DNA from: Raja brachyura
Lineage: Eukaryota
Assembly: GCA_963514005.1 (NCBI GenBank)
Contig: OY740787.1
Span: 18,972,001-19,036,000 of the forward strand
Reading direction: 5' to 3'
DNA: 64,000 nt
A program made the translations under genes and the position numbers. A model generated the notes under the pieces. The model saw nothing but the letters and a program-made list of their open reading frames with translations. It was not told where the DNA came from and ran no database searches. Below, in pieces: positions 1 to 10,490 of the stretch; positions within the stretch are counted from its first letter, which is position 1; each line of letters opens with the position of its first letter.

Positions 1-400
1 ATTAATCGTTGAGTGTATAACACATGACATGAATTGGATATAATATGATTGATGAACAAGGAACATTATTTGCATTGCACGGTCCAAATTGGTTATAATA
101 CGATTTGTTTAGAAATTTACAAGCAGAAAAATCTCCTTGGGGGAGGGGGGGGGGGGAGGATGAAAGTAGTTTAGGAAAACAAAAAACAGGTTCCATGTAA
201 CCTCCAAGCAGTTATCAGAGACTGGATGACACAAAGCTGGGTGGCAGAGTGAGCTGCGAGGAGGATGGTATGAGCTGCAGGGTGACTTGGATAGGTTGGG
301 TGAATGGGCAGATGCATGGCAGATGCGATATAATGTGGATAAATGTGAGGTTATCCACTTTGGTGGCAAGAACAGGAAGGCAGATTAATAACTGAATGGT

Positions 401-2316
401 TCAGAAAGAACTGCAGATGCTGGAAAATGCTGGAGAGACTCAGCGGGTGAGGCAGCATCTATGCAGCAAAGGAATAGGTGACTTTTCAGATCGAGACCCT
501 TCTTCAGACTAATGTGCGGGTGGGGGGACGGGAAGAAAAAAGGAAGAGGCGGAGACAATAGGCTGTGGGAGAGCTGGAAAGGGGAGGTGAAGGAGAGAGA
601 AAGCAAGGACTAACTGAAATTGGAGAAGTCAATGTTCATACTGTTGGGGTGTCTACTACCCAAGTGAAATATGATTAATATTTAAGAAGGAACTGCAGAT
701 GCTGGAAAATCGAAGGTAGACAAAAATGCTGGAGAAACTCAGCGTGTGAGGCAGCATCTATGGAGCGAAGGAAATAGACAACTTTTCGGGTCGAGACCCT
801 TCTTCAGACTGAATAGGACAAATTCAGTCTGAAGAAGGGTCTCGAACCGAAACGTTGCCTATTTCCTCCACTCCATAGATGCTGCCTCACCCGCTGAGAT
901 TCTCCAGCATTTTTGTCTACCAAGTGAAATATGAGGTGCTGCTCCTCCAATTTGCAGTGGGACTCACTCTGACCATGGAGGAGGCCCAGGAAAGAAAGGT
1001 TGGATTTGGAATGGGAGGGGGAGTTGAAGTGCTGAGCCACCGGGAGATCAGGTTGGTTAATGCGAACTGTGCGGAGGAGTTGGACGAACCGATCGCCAAG
1101 CCTGCGCTTGTTCTCGCCGAAGTAGAGTAGTTGACACCTAGAGCAGCGAATGCAATAGATAAAGTTGGAGGAGGTGCAGGTGAACCTCTGCCTCACCTGG
1201 AAAGACTGCTTGGGTCCTTGGATGGAGTCGAGGGGGGAGGTAAAGCGACAAGTGTAGCATTTCCTGCGGTTGCAAGGGAAAGTACCAGGGGAGGGGGTGG
1301 TTTGGGTGGGACGGGACGAATTGACCAAGGAGTTACGGAGGGCGTGGTCTCTGCGGAAAGCCGAAAGGGGAGGAGATGGGAAGATGTGGCCGGTGGTGGA
1401 ATCCCGTTGGAGGTGGCGAAAATGTTGGAAGATTATCTGTCGTATGTGACGGCTGATAGGGTGGAAGGTGAGGACAAGGGGGATTCTGTCCTTGTTACGA
1501 GTGGAGGTGATGGGGAGTGAGAGTGAAGCTACGGGATATAGAGGAGACCCTGGAGAGCCTCATCTATAGTCGAAGAGGGAAACCCTCGTTCCCTAAAGAA
1601 TGAGGACATCTCCAATGCCCTGGTTTGGAACACCTCATCCTGGGTGCAGATGCGGCATAGACAGAGAAACTGGGAGCAGGGGATGGAGTCCTTACAGGAA
1701 GCAGAGTGGGAAGAAGTGTAGTCCAGATAGCCATGGGAGTCAGTGGGTTTGTAGTAGATGTCGGTCAGTAGTCTGTTACCTGCGATAGAGATGGTGAGGT
1801 CTAGAAGTGGTAGGGAGATGTCGGAAATGGTCCAGGTGACTTTGAGTGCCGGATGGAAGTTAGTGGTGAAATGGATGAAGTCAGTGAGTTCTGCATGGGT
1901 GCAGGAGGTGGCACAATGCAGTCATCACTGTAGTGAAGGTAGAGTTCGGGGACAGGGCCACGGTACGCCTCGAACAAGGATTGTTTGACGTAGCCTACAA
2001 TGAGGCAGGCATAGCTGAGGTTCATGCGCGTGCCCATAGCTACGCCTTGGATTTGGAGGAAATGGGAGGTGTCAAAGGAAAAGTTGTTGGGGGTAAGGAC
2101 CAGCTCCGCAAGGTGGATGAGAGTATTAGTAGACCTGGATTGGTTGGTTCTGCGGTCGAGGAAAAATGGAGAGCTTTAAGATTCTCCTGGTGAGGGATGG
2201 AGGAGTAGAGTGACTAAACTTCCATTTTCCAGGCTCCCACTCCCTCATGGTGAAGATGAGGGAGTGGGAGCCTGGAAAATGGAAGTCATGGAGGAGACGA
2301 AGAGTGTGTGAGGTAT
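401..2316 (-). mobile_element. 5'-truncated Penelope-like element (Neptune type) with RT remnant and GIY-YIG endonuclease
   Basis: ORF 804..1328 encodes FPCNRRKCYTC and NFIYCIRCSRCQLLYFGE. ORF 1801..2037 has MGTRMNLSYAC...YSDD. Flanked by the direct repeat CTGAATGGT (392-400, 2317-2325). Confidence 0.88.
675..919. mobile_element. Short inverted dimer of the hammerhead-bearing Penelope 3' unit, nested in the Penelope copy
   Basis: Minus unit at about 683-812 and plus unit at about 824-919. Flanked by the 15-bp direct repeat CCAAGTGAAATATGA (660-674, 920-934). Confidence 0.85.
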
Positions 2317-3647
2317 CTGAATGGTGGCAGATTAGGAAAAGGGGAGGTGCAACCAGACCTGGGTGTGCTTGTACGTCAGTCACTGAAAGTAAGCATGAAG
2401 GTACCGCAGGCTGTGAAGAAAGCAAATGGCATGTTGGCCTTCATTGCGACAGGATTTCAGTTTAGGAGGAAGGAGATCCAACTGCAGTTGTACAGTGCCC
2501 TGGTAAGACCTACAACTGTATTGAGTGGAGTTTTGGTCTCTTAATTTGAGGAAGGATATTCTTGCTATTGAGGGAGTGCAGTGTTGGTTCACCAGGTTAA
2601 TTCCCAGGATGGCGGGACTGACATATAATGAAAGAATGGGTCGAGAAGAATGAGAGGAGATCTTCTAGAAACATATAAAATTCTTAAGCTATTAGACAGG
2701 CAAGAAGCAGCAAAAATGTTCCTCGTGTTGGGGGAATCCAGAACCAGGGGTCACAGATAAAGAATAAGGGGTAGGCCATTTAGGACTGAGATGAGGAAAA
2801 ACCTTTTCACCCAGAGTTGCGAATCTGTGGAATTCTCTGCCACAGAAGACACTGGATGTTTTCAAGTTAGATTTAGCTCTTTGGGCTAACAAAATCAATG
2901 GATTTGGGGAAAGAACGGGAATGGGGTACAGATTTTGGATATTTAGTGATGATCATATTGAATGGTGGTGCTGGCTCGAAGGGTCGAATGGCCTACTCCT
3001 GCGCCTATTTTCTAGTGTCTCTTAAAAATGCAGCTGCATTTCATCGCAGGAAATTGACAAGAAATCACTTCCATTAAGACTTCTGCAATGGTACTCTGTT
3101 AAAAAATGTAAAATGCAGACATTTTAATTTTTAGTTTGCAATAACAAAATTAAATTTATTTCTATTTAAAAGACCCACATTTTAGAAAATTCTGTGGGGA
3201 AAAGTCACTTTGTTATTGCGAGTCTGAAACTCTCTAGCCCCTAACTCTTTTCCTCACTGATAATTGTTTTTATACTGTGATTTTCTATAACATTAGGTTT
3301 TTAAAGAATCCAACTATCATACTTTAGCAGAATTACCTGTATAGGCATTCCCGTTATGAAAGTTCTGACATACAACATTTTATTCAACATTATGAAAATG
3401 TTTCCAGGAATTTTTAAAACAAACCTGTGAAATAAGTAAAGCTTTCCCAACAGAACTTCAGAGGTATGTTTGTGAAGTGAATTAAGTGATTTGAAGACAG
3501 CTAGACAGCCATGTTTGCTTCCGGCATGGAGGCAGCATTTATGGTGGGAATTAATGGTCTGAACCACTGTGCCAGCTGTTTGGAGATGGATTTGCCAGCT
3601 GCTGTGGGGTTGCAACTGGTCTTTTTCAGGATCCAGTAGGGCATTTC

Positions 3648-4669
3648 ATAGAAACATAGAAAATAGGTGCAGGAGTAGGCCATTCGGCCCTTCGAGCCTG
3701 CACCGCCATTCAATGTGATCATGGCTGATCATCCAACTCAGTATCCCGTACCTGCCTTCTCTCCATACCCCCTGATCCCTTTAGCCACAAGTGCCACATC
3801 TAACGCCCTCTTAAATATAGCCAATGAACTGGCCTCAACTACCTTCTGTGGCAGAGAATTCCAGAGACTCACCACTCTCTGTGTAAAGAATGTTTTCCTC
3901 ATTTCGGTCCTAAAGGAATTCCCCCTTATCCTTAGACTGTGACCCCTTGTTCTGGACTCCCCCAACATCGGGAACAATCTTCCAGCATCTAGCTTGTCCA
4001 ACCCCTTAAGAATTTTGTAGGTTTCTATAAGATCCCCCCTCAATCTTCTAAATTCCATCGAGTACAAACCGAGTCTATCCAATCTTTCCTCATATGAAAG
4101 TCCTGACATCCCAGGAATCAGTCTGGTGAATCTTCTCTGTACCCCCTCTATGGCAAGGATGTCTTTCCTCAGATTTGGAGACCAAACTGTACACAGTACT
4201 CCAGGTGTGGCCTCACCAAAACCCTGTACAACTGCAGTAGAACCTCCCTGCTCCTATACTCAAATCCTTTCGCTATGAATGCTAACATACCATTTGCTTT
4301 CTTCACTGCCTGCTGCACCTGCATGCCTACTTTCAATGACTGGTGTACCATGACACCCAGGTCTCGTTGCATCTCCCCCTTACCTAATCTGCCACCATTC
4401 AGATAATAGTCTACCCTCATGTTTTTGCCACCAAAGTGGATAACCTCACATTTATCCACATTGTACTGCATCTGCCATGCATCTGCCCATTCACTCAGCC
4501 TATCCAAATCACCCTGCAGCCTCCAAGCATCCTCCTCACACCTAACTATACCCCCCAGCTTGGTATCATCTGCAAATTTGGAGATGTTGCATTGAATTCC
4601 CTCGTCCAAATCATTAATATATATTGTAAATAGCTGGGGTCCCAGCACTGAGCCTTGCGGCACCCCACT
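3648..4669 (-). mobile_element. Young 5'-truncated CR1 LINE
   Basis: RT motifs SGVPQGSVLGP and FADDTK (ORFs 4169..4687 and 3738..4109). Tail (TTTCTATG)n. Flanking direct repeat GGGCATTTC (3639-3647, 4670-4678). Confidence 0.93.
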
Positions 4670-4984
4670 GGGCATTTCCCTGGGCATTTGGGATATTGGA
4701 GGGATGGATGGGGAACAACTTGCTGGCTGCTGCAGGGAAGTATTTTTCTGGTGGGTGGAAATGGGTCAGTTCCATGTGCCTTCTCTTTCCACCACCCTCC
4801 CCCAACAATCATGGGCTGGATCAACAGAGTAGAGCTGGGTGCACGAAGCAGGCTCAATTGCTGACTCACCGAGTCAGTGAGGTTGGCCAGTGACCATTCT
4901 GCCCATGCCTGCTCGCTCTCTCATCACAACTGTTTTTGTTATCCTGTTTACTTCCTACTCACAAAAAACTCAGGTGATGAACAG

Positions 4985-5373
4985 CAAAGATCCTATAGCG
5001 AGCAAGATAGTTCACTCGACGAAAAAGACGTAGTACGGTCATGGCCAGATTCATGGGTAATTTAAGTCCCCATTTCCGTAACTGGCTTCCGTCTCCGCAC
5101 CAAAGATCCCATAGGATAATAATGCGGAGACGGACGCAGGTTACGGAAACATCCTCGTAAAAGTTATTTGGTGAAAATAGTCTCCTCTTTTTCAGAATTT
5201 TAATTTATTAACACAAACTGTTCCCCCGCAATGTTGATTACACTGTAAGTCGGGTCGGGTTGGGTCCGGTTACGGAAATGGATGAAAAAAAGGCCCACGT
5301 TCCGTTGCGTACTAAACGTCAGCCCATTGCATTTAGCAGCAGCGGTCTATCTTGCTCCGCTATAGGATCTTTG
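4985..5373. mobile_element. Non-autonomous hAT-type DNA transposon (MITE), 389 bp
   Basis: TIRs CAAAGATCCTATAGCG(G)AGCAAGATAG at both ends, differing by one indel. Perfect 8-bp TSD ATGAACAG (4977-4984, 5374-5381). Confidence 0.88.
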
Positions 5374-5995
5374 ATGAACAGTACTCAGTAATGGAATCCT
5401 TTCATGATCCAGGGGTCACCTGCATTTTATTTTTGTATCAGAAGTTAAATTCAAAACATTATTACATTTAAAATAACTGATTACCAAGTCTACATTTGCT
5501 GTTATTTATATTGTTAATTCAAATAATCAGCTGACTTTTCATAAGCTACATTTGTTTGCCCTGTCTTTAAATGCTTTATCAATGCAAAAGATGGTAACAA
5601 TAGTTAAACAGAGGACTCGATTAGTAGATTTTTCTCTTGATATGCTCAATAGTAAGAATTAAAAATATTTTAAAGTCCAACAAAAAGGCAGCTATATAGT
5701 TGTCAAAAAACTTACTGTGAAGTGAAAACTGGTAATTGAATCAACTATAGAAAGGGTAAAAAAAAATTTGGTAATCAGACCAACTGTTTCATTGAAATTC
5801 AGTTCAACAAAAGAACAGACTTCAATTATTTTTCCCACTTTTAGATCATTATTTATTTTTCTTAATAAGATGCTGGTATACCATTCAACAGGGATTAATA
5901 TTCCTAAGTATTCAATACATAATCACTGTATACCACTCTGTATATAGCTTTTTGTTCATTACAGTTGCAAGTAGTTGTCCATATCCAAAATGAGT

Positions 5996-7137
5996 CAGGG
6001 CTCGAAATTAATGGTTGCCCGGGTGCCATTGACCACCTAACGTCCCGCTGGGCAACCTAAAAGTTGTGTCATTTTGCCCGGCTTGGCAAGCACCCGGGAC
6101 ACCTGCGTTCAACTCTGAGCAAGCCCCCCTCTTTCTCCGTCTCTGCCTGCCATCCGTATACCGTGACCGGGCCGCCGTGTCTCCGCTCTCCGGCCGCTCC
6201 TCATCTGCCGGCATTGCCGGCCACCTTGCACATGCACGCAACCACGGTCAGCACATCATCAGCCGCCCTGCAGATGCGCACTGCCACAGCAACTGGTCGG
6301 CGCCGAGGACTTTCTCCTGCCCTTTACATTGTGGGAGATCTGGCCGCCATTGCTGTCTGGTCGCCGCCTCACCATGACCTCTGAAAACCAACGCAGAATC
6401 ACTCCCTGGAGCAACTTCCTGGAGTAACTCTTGCTTTCCTGGTCCTCCAAAAATATTCGAAATGGAATTTAAACTGGAGGTGGTGGAGGGTCCATTACCA
6501 AACTCCAAACTCTGAAAAATAACAGCTTATTGCACTTTATCTGTTTATTTATTGTGTATATATATGGTCTATGGTATATAAACAAACTGAACTTTTATCT
6601 CCTGTTCTGTATTATGTTTACATATTCTGTTGTGCTGCAGCAAGCAAGAATTTCATTGTCCTATCTGGGACAAATGACAATAAAACTCTCTTGACTCTTG
6701 AGTTGGACTTGAGCAAAAAAGGGTTCTTGGGGGAAAAAAGAGATACCGTAAATTTATTTGTGTCTGGTTGGGTAACTATGGTAGGGTGAAGACTATGCCA
6801 TGCTTTAATTGTGCGAGGTAACTCCATGGAGCAGCCAGCACCTCTGGTTAGAGGAAATTGGGTGACATTTTGGGTAGCGACCCTTCTTTAGACTCCCTCT
6901 GGTTTTAGTTTAATTTAAAGATACAGCGTGGAAACAGGCCCTTCGGCCCACTGAGTCCATGCCGACCACCAATCACCCGTACACTAGTTCAATCCCACAC
7001 ATTAGCGACGTAAGTCAAGAGTGTTTTATTCTCTCACATCCCAGTTAGAACAATGAAAAACTGTCATTTGGCAACCTAAAAAGCTGCCAAGGTTGCCCGG
7101 CTGTCAACAGAGAAAAAAATGTTACGTGAGAGCCCTG
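5996..7137. mobile_element. Probable non-autonomous DNA transposon (hAT-like CAGGGCTC ends) containing LINE, Penelope and SINE fragments
   Basis: Termini CAGGGCTC...GAGCCCTG. Subterminal GGTTGCCCGG and GGCAACCTAA motifs occur at both ends. GC-rich left half. No clear TSD. Confidence 0.55.
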
Positions 7138-7858
7138 AGCATGTGAGAATTCAATGTAAAGTGAGGAAAGAACATTGATCATTTCCTTACTCTTACCCAA
7201 ACCATCCTATATTCCAAAATGAACTCAAATCAGGAATCAAATGTGATCTATGCAGCTTGTCAGAATGTGGAAAAGTCACTTTACTCAATGAAATATGAGG
7301 AACGTGGAGACTTTAGGCCTCAAATTGCATCAATACTGTAACCTTGAATTTATAAGATTAGTATTTTATCTAGACTTTCTGTAAAACTGAGATTGTTGCC
7401 TTTACACCACTTTGTTGAAAATGGCTGTAAAGTGGGTTTAACTGCACTTTAGACAAAAGATAATGTAATATATTCTCAGCTGTGTACATTTAATCTAAAA
7501 AATTACAATACCAAATAACTGAGGCTGCAGCCTTGATGAGCTAATAACTTGCTAGATGTATACAAAAACTAGTACTGCTGAAAAAGTGTGTAATACATTT
7601 ACTGGATGCATGTAATAACAACAAAATGCTGAAAATACTCAGCAGGTTAGGTAGCATCCGTAGAGTGAATTTAATTTTTTTTTTAGGTAAATGATGGTTC
7701 AGGTTGATGAAGAGTCAACAACCTGAAATGTCAACCTTGTTTTCATCTCCACAGAAGCTGCCAAATCTGCCAGCTATTTACACCATTTTATTGCTTTTAC
7801 TTCTGATTTTCAGCATCATCAGGTTTTTAAACTTCTTTATATCTCAATACATATTTAA

Positions 7859-8180
7859 GGGCGGCACGGTGGCGCAGAGGTAGAGTTGCTGCATTCAGCA
7901 CCAGAGACCCGGGTTCGATCCTGACTACAGGTGCTCTTTGTACAGAGTTTGTATGTTCTCCCCATGACCGTGTGGGTTTTCTCCAGGATCTCCGGTTTCC
8001 TTCCACGCTCCAAAGACATACAGGTTTGTTGGTTAATTAGCTTAGTATAATTGTACATTGTCCTTAGTATGGGTAGGATAGTGTTGGCGTGCAGGGGCCG
8101 TTGGTCGGCGCGGATTTGATATTAGTTTTAGAGATACAGCGCCAAACAGGTCTTTCGGCTCACTGAGCCCACACCGACCA
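7859..8180 (+). mobile_element. tRNA-derived V-SINE (HE1-like), followed by an inverted SINE tail fragment
   Basis: Pol III A box TGGCGCAGAGG and B box GGTTCGATCC, followed by a V-SINE-like core (TGGGTTTTCTCC...CTCCGGTTTCCTTCCAC...CCAAAGAC). Confidence 0.85.
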
Positions 8181-8419
8181 TATTGTTGAACAACAATAGC
8201 TTTCAGTAAAGGATATTTATGGATTTGGTGACAAATTATCAATCACTGCACAGCAGCAATCAACAAGGCAAAAGCAGAGTGTCGAACTGTGGCTAAATAG
8301 TTTGCAAATTAAAAGACATACATTGCTCATGACAGTCTATGTATTGTTCTGACCACAAAGATACACTGTAGAAACTATGCTAAGGAAATATCATAAAATT
8401 GGTACCCAATATAACAAGA

Positions 8420-8594
8420 AGATAGACACAAAAGGTGGAGTATCTCAGAGGGCCAGACAGCATCTCTGGAGAAAAGGAGACGACTCTTCTTCAGACCTAT
8501 TCTTTTTCTCCAGAGATATTATCTGACCCGCTGAGTTACTCCAACTTACGTGTCTATCTTCAGTTTAAACCAACATCTGCAGTTCCTTCCTACA
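8420..8594. mobile_element. Short inverted dimer of the Penelope 3' unit with the core largely deleted
   Basis: Arms AGATAGACACA...CAGCATCTCTGGAGAAAAGG and TTTTCTCCAGAGAT...TGTCTATCT. TSD CAATATAAC(A/T)AGA (8407-8419, 8595-8607). Confidence 0.75.
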
Positions 8595-8699
8595 CAATAT
8601 AACTAGATTGGATAATGCATAAAATAGATGGGTAAATCTTAGTATTTCTGCTTTCCAATAAGGCAACCAAGAGGAAACATTGAATGGTTTAAAAACGTT

Positions 8700-8955
8700 G
8701 TTTAGAATGGAAATTAATAGGATTTTCTTCAGCCAGAGGGTTGTGAATCTGTGGAATTAATTGTCACAAATGGCCATGGAAGCCAAGTCATTGAGTATTT
8801 TCAATATGTAGATTGACAGAATTAGTAAGGGCATCAAAGGTTACGATGAGAAGGCAGGTAAATGGGGATGAGAGAAGAAAATAGATCAGCCATGATCGAA
8901 TGGTGGAGCAAACTCAATTGGGTTAAATGGCCTAATTCTCCTCTTATGGTCTTTA
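8700..8955 (+). mobile_element. Old CR1 3'-end fragment
   Basis: CAGAGGGTTGTGAATCTGTGGAAT...GATCAGCCATGATCGAATGG matches the CR1 3' ends elsewhere in the window. Confidence 0.7.
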
Positions 8956-9024
8956 AAATGAAATATTTAAAAGGACACTGCTCTAGCATTAAAATGGTTC
9001 AAATTAGTGAAATAAATTTAGGTA

Positions 9025-10490
9025 TGTGTAAGAAGGAAATGCAGCTATCTGGAGGATAGACACAAAAAGCTGGAGTACCTCAGCGGGACCGGCAGCATCT
9101 CTGGAAAGAAGGAATGGGTGACGTTTCAGGTCGAGACCCTTCTTCAGACTGGTTAGGGCCAAGGGAAACTAGAGATATAGAAGGTGATGTGGAGAGATAA
9201 AGAACAATGAATTAAAGATATGCAAAAAGGTAACGATGATAAAGGAAACAGGCCATTGTAAGCTGTTTGCAGGGTGAAAATAAGAAGCTAGTGCGACTTG
9301 GGTGGGGGTGGGACAGAGAGAGAGGGAATGCCAGGGCTACCTGAAGTGAGAGAAATCTATATGCATACCACTGGGCTGTAAGCTACCCAAGTGAAATATG
9401 ACATGCCGTTCCTCCAATTTTCATTTAACCTCACTCTGACAATGGAGGAGATCGAGGACAGAAAGGTCTGTGTAGGAATGGGAAGGAGAATTCAAGTGTC
9501 CAGCAACCAGGAGATCAGGTTGGTTCACGCGGGCTGAGCGAAGGTGTTCCGCGAAAAGATTGCCCAATCAGCGTTTGGTCTCGCCGATGTATAAGAGTCC
9601 ACATCATGAACAACGGATACAGTAGATGAGGTTGAAGGAGGTGCAAGTGAACCTTTGCCTAACCTGAAACAGAGTCGAGGGAGGAGGTATAGCGATAGGT
9701 GTTGCATCTTCTGCGGTTGCAGGGGAAGGTACCTGGTGAGGGGGTGGTTTGGGTGGGAAGGGATGAGTTAACCAGGGAGTTCTGGAGGGAATGGTCTCTA
9801 CAGAAGGCAGAAAGGGGTGAAGATGGGAAAATGTGGCTAGTGGTGGGACCCCGTTGGAGGTGGCGGAAATGTCAGAGGATTATATGTTAAAGAAGGAACT
9901 GCAGATGCTGGCAAATCGAGGGTACACAAAAGGCTGGAGAAACTCAGCGGGTGCAGCAGCATCTAAGGAGCGAAGGAGATAGGCAACGTTTTGGGTCGAG
10001 ACCCTTCTTCAGTCTGAAGAAGGGTCTCGACCCCAAGCGTCGCCTATCTCTGAAGAAGGGTCTCGACCCGAAGCGTCGCCTATCTCCTTCGCTCCTTAGA
10101 TGCTGCTGCACCCGCTGAGTTTCTCCAGCCATTTGTGTACCCTCAGAGGATTATATGTTGTATGCGACGGCTGATCGGGTGGAATGTAAGGACTATGGGG
10201 ACTGTCTCTGTTGCGACTGGGGGGAGGGGGAGCAAGGGCGGAGCTGCGGGGTACTGAGGAGACACGAATGAGGGCCTCATCTATGATAGGAGAGAGGAAC
10301 CTCTGTTCCCTAAGAATGAGGACATCATGGATGTTTTAGTGTGGAACACCTCATCTTTGGCACAGATGTGGCGTAGACGGAGGAATTGGGAGTAGTTGAC
10401 ATAGTTGTGGGGTCAGTGGGTTTGGAATTGACGTTAGTCAGTAGTCTATTTCTTGTGATGGAGACACAATGGAGATAAATATAGATAGTC
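9025..10490 (-). mobile_element. Degenerate Penelope-like element: 3' UTR, GIY-YIG region and RT C-terminus
   Basis: Similar to the copies at 401-2316 and 61373-63827. ORF 9525..9707 overlaps the GIY-YIG region. Interrupted at 9889-10142. Confidence 0.85.
9889..10142. mobile_element. Inverted dimer of the hammerhead unit with a 36-bp tandem duplication of the core
   Basis: Palindrome centred at 10013. Cores begin at 10014 and 10050. Perfect 17-bp TSD TCAGAGGATTATATGTT (9872-9888, 10143-10159). Confidence 0.9.

Larger units (their letters stand above)
218..3014 (+). mobile_element. Degenerate CR1 (HER1-like) LINE 3' part, split by a Penelope insertion into about 218-400 and 2317-3014
   Basis: RT C-terminal motifs (DDTKLGG, KCEVIHFG, QAVKKANGMLAFI) continue across the insertion. 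CR1 3' tail near 2950-3014. Confidence 0.85.

Noticed and set aside
139-157. Long G runs here and at about 39335-39366 and 58132-58149 as functional G-quadruplexes
   Set aside because: The latter two are the C-rich tract of Penelope 3' UTRs read on the other strand. Homopolymer lengths are also error-prone, and nothing indicates function.
1131-1520. Plus-strand ORFs antisense to Penelope, CR1 or MBD5 exons (for example 1131..1520, 20576..20854, 62856..63389 on the opposite strand)
   Set aside because: They are shadow ORFs of real coding sequence on the other strand.
6008-6508. Overlapping GC-rich ORFs as a novel gene or CpG-island promoter
   Set aside because: They lie inside a TIR-bounded repeat, show no recognisable domain, and are explained by GC content.
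7859-7930. tRNA gene
   Set aside because: A and B boxes are present, but the sequence continues into a V-SINE core, so it is a SINE head.
9889-10142. CRISPR-like array suggested by the repeated 36-bp palindromic units
   Set aside because: There are no unique spacers and no cas genes, the context is a eukaryotic intron, and the units are the Penelope 3' motif.
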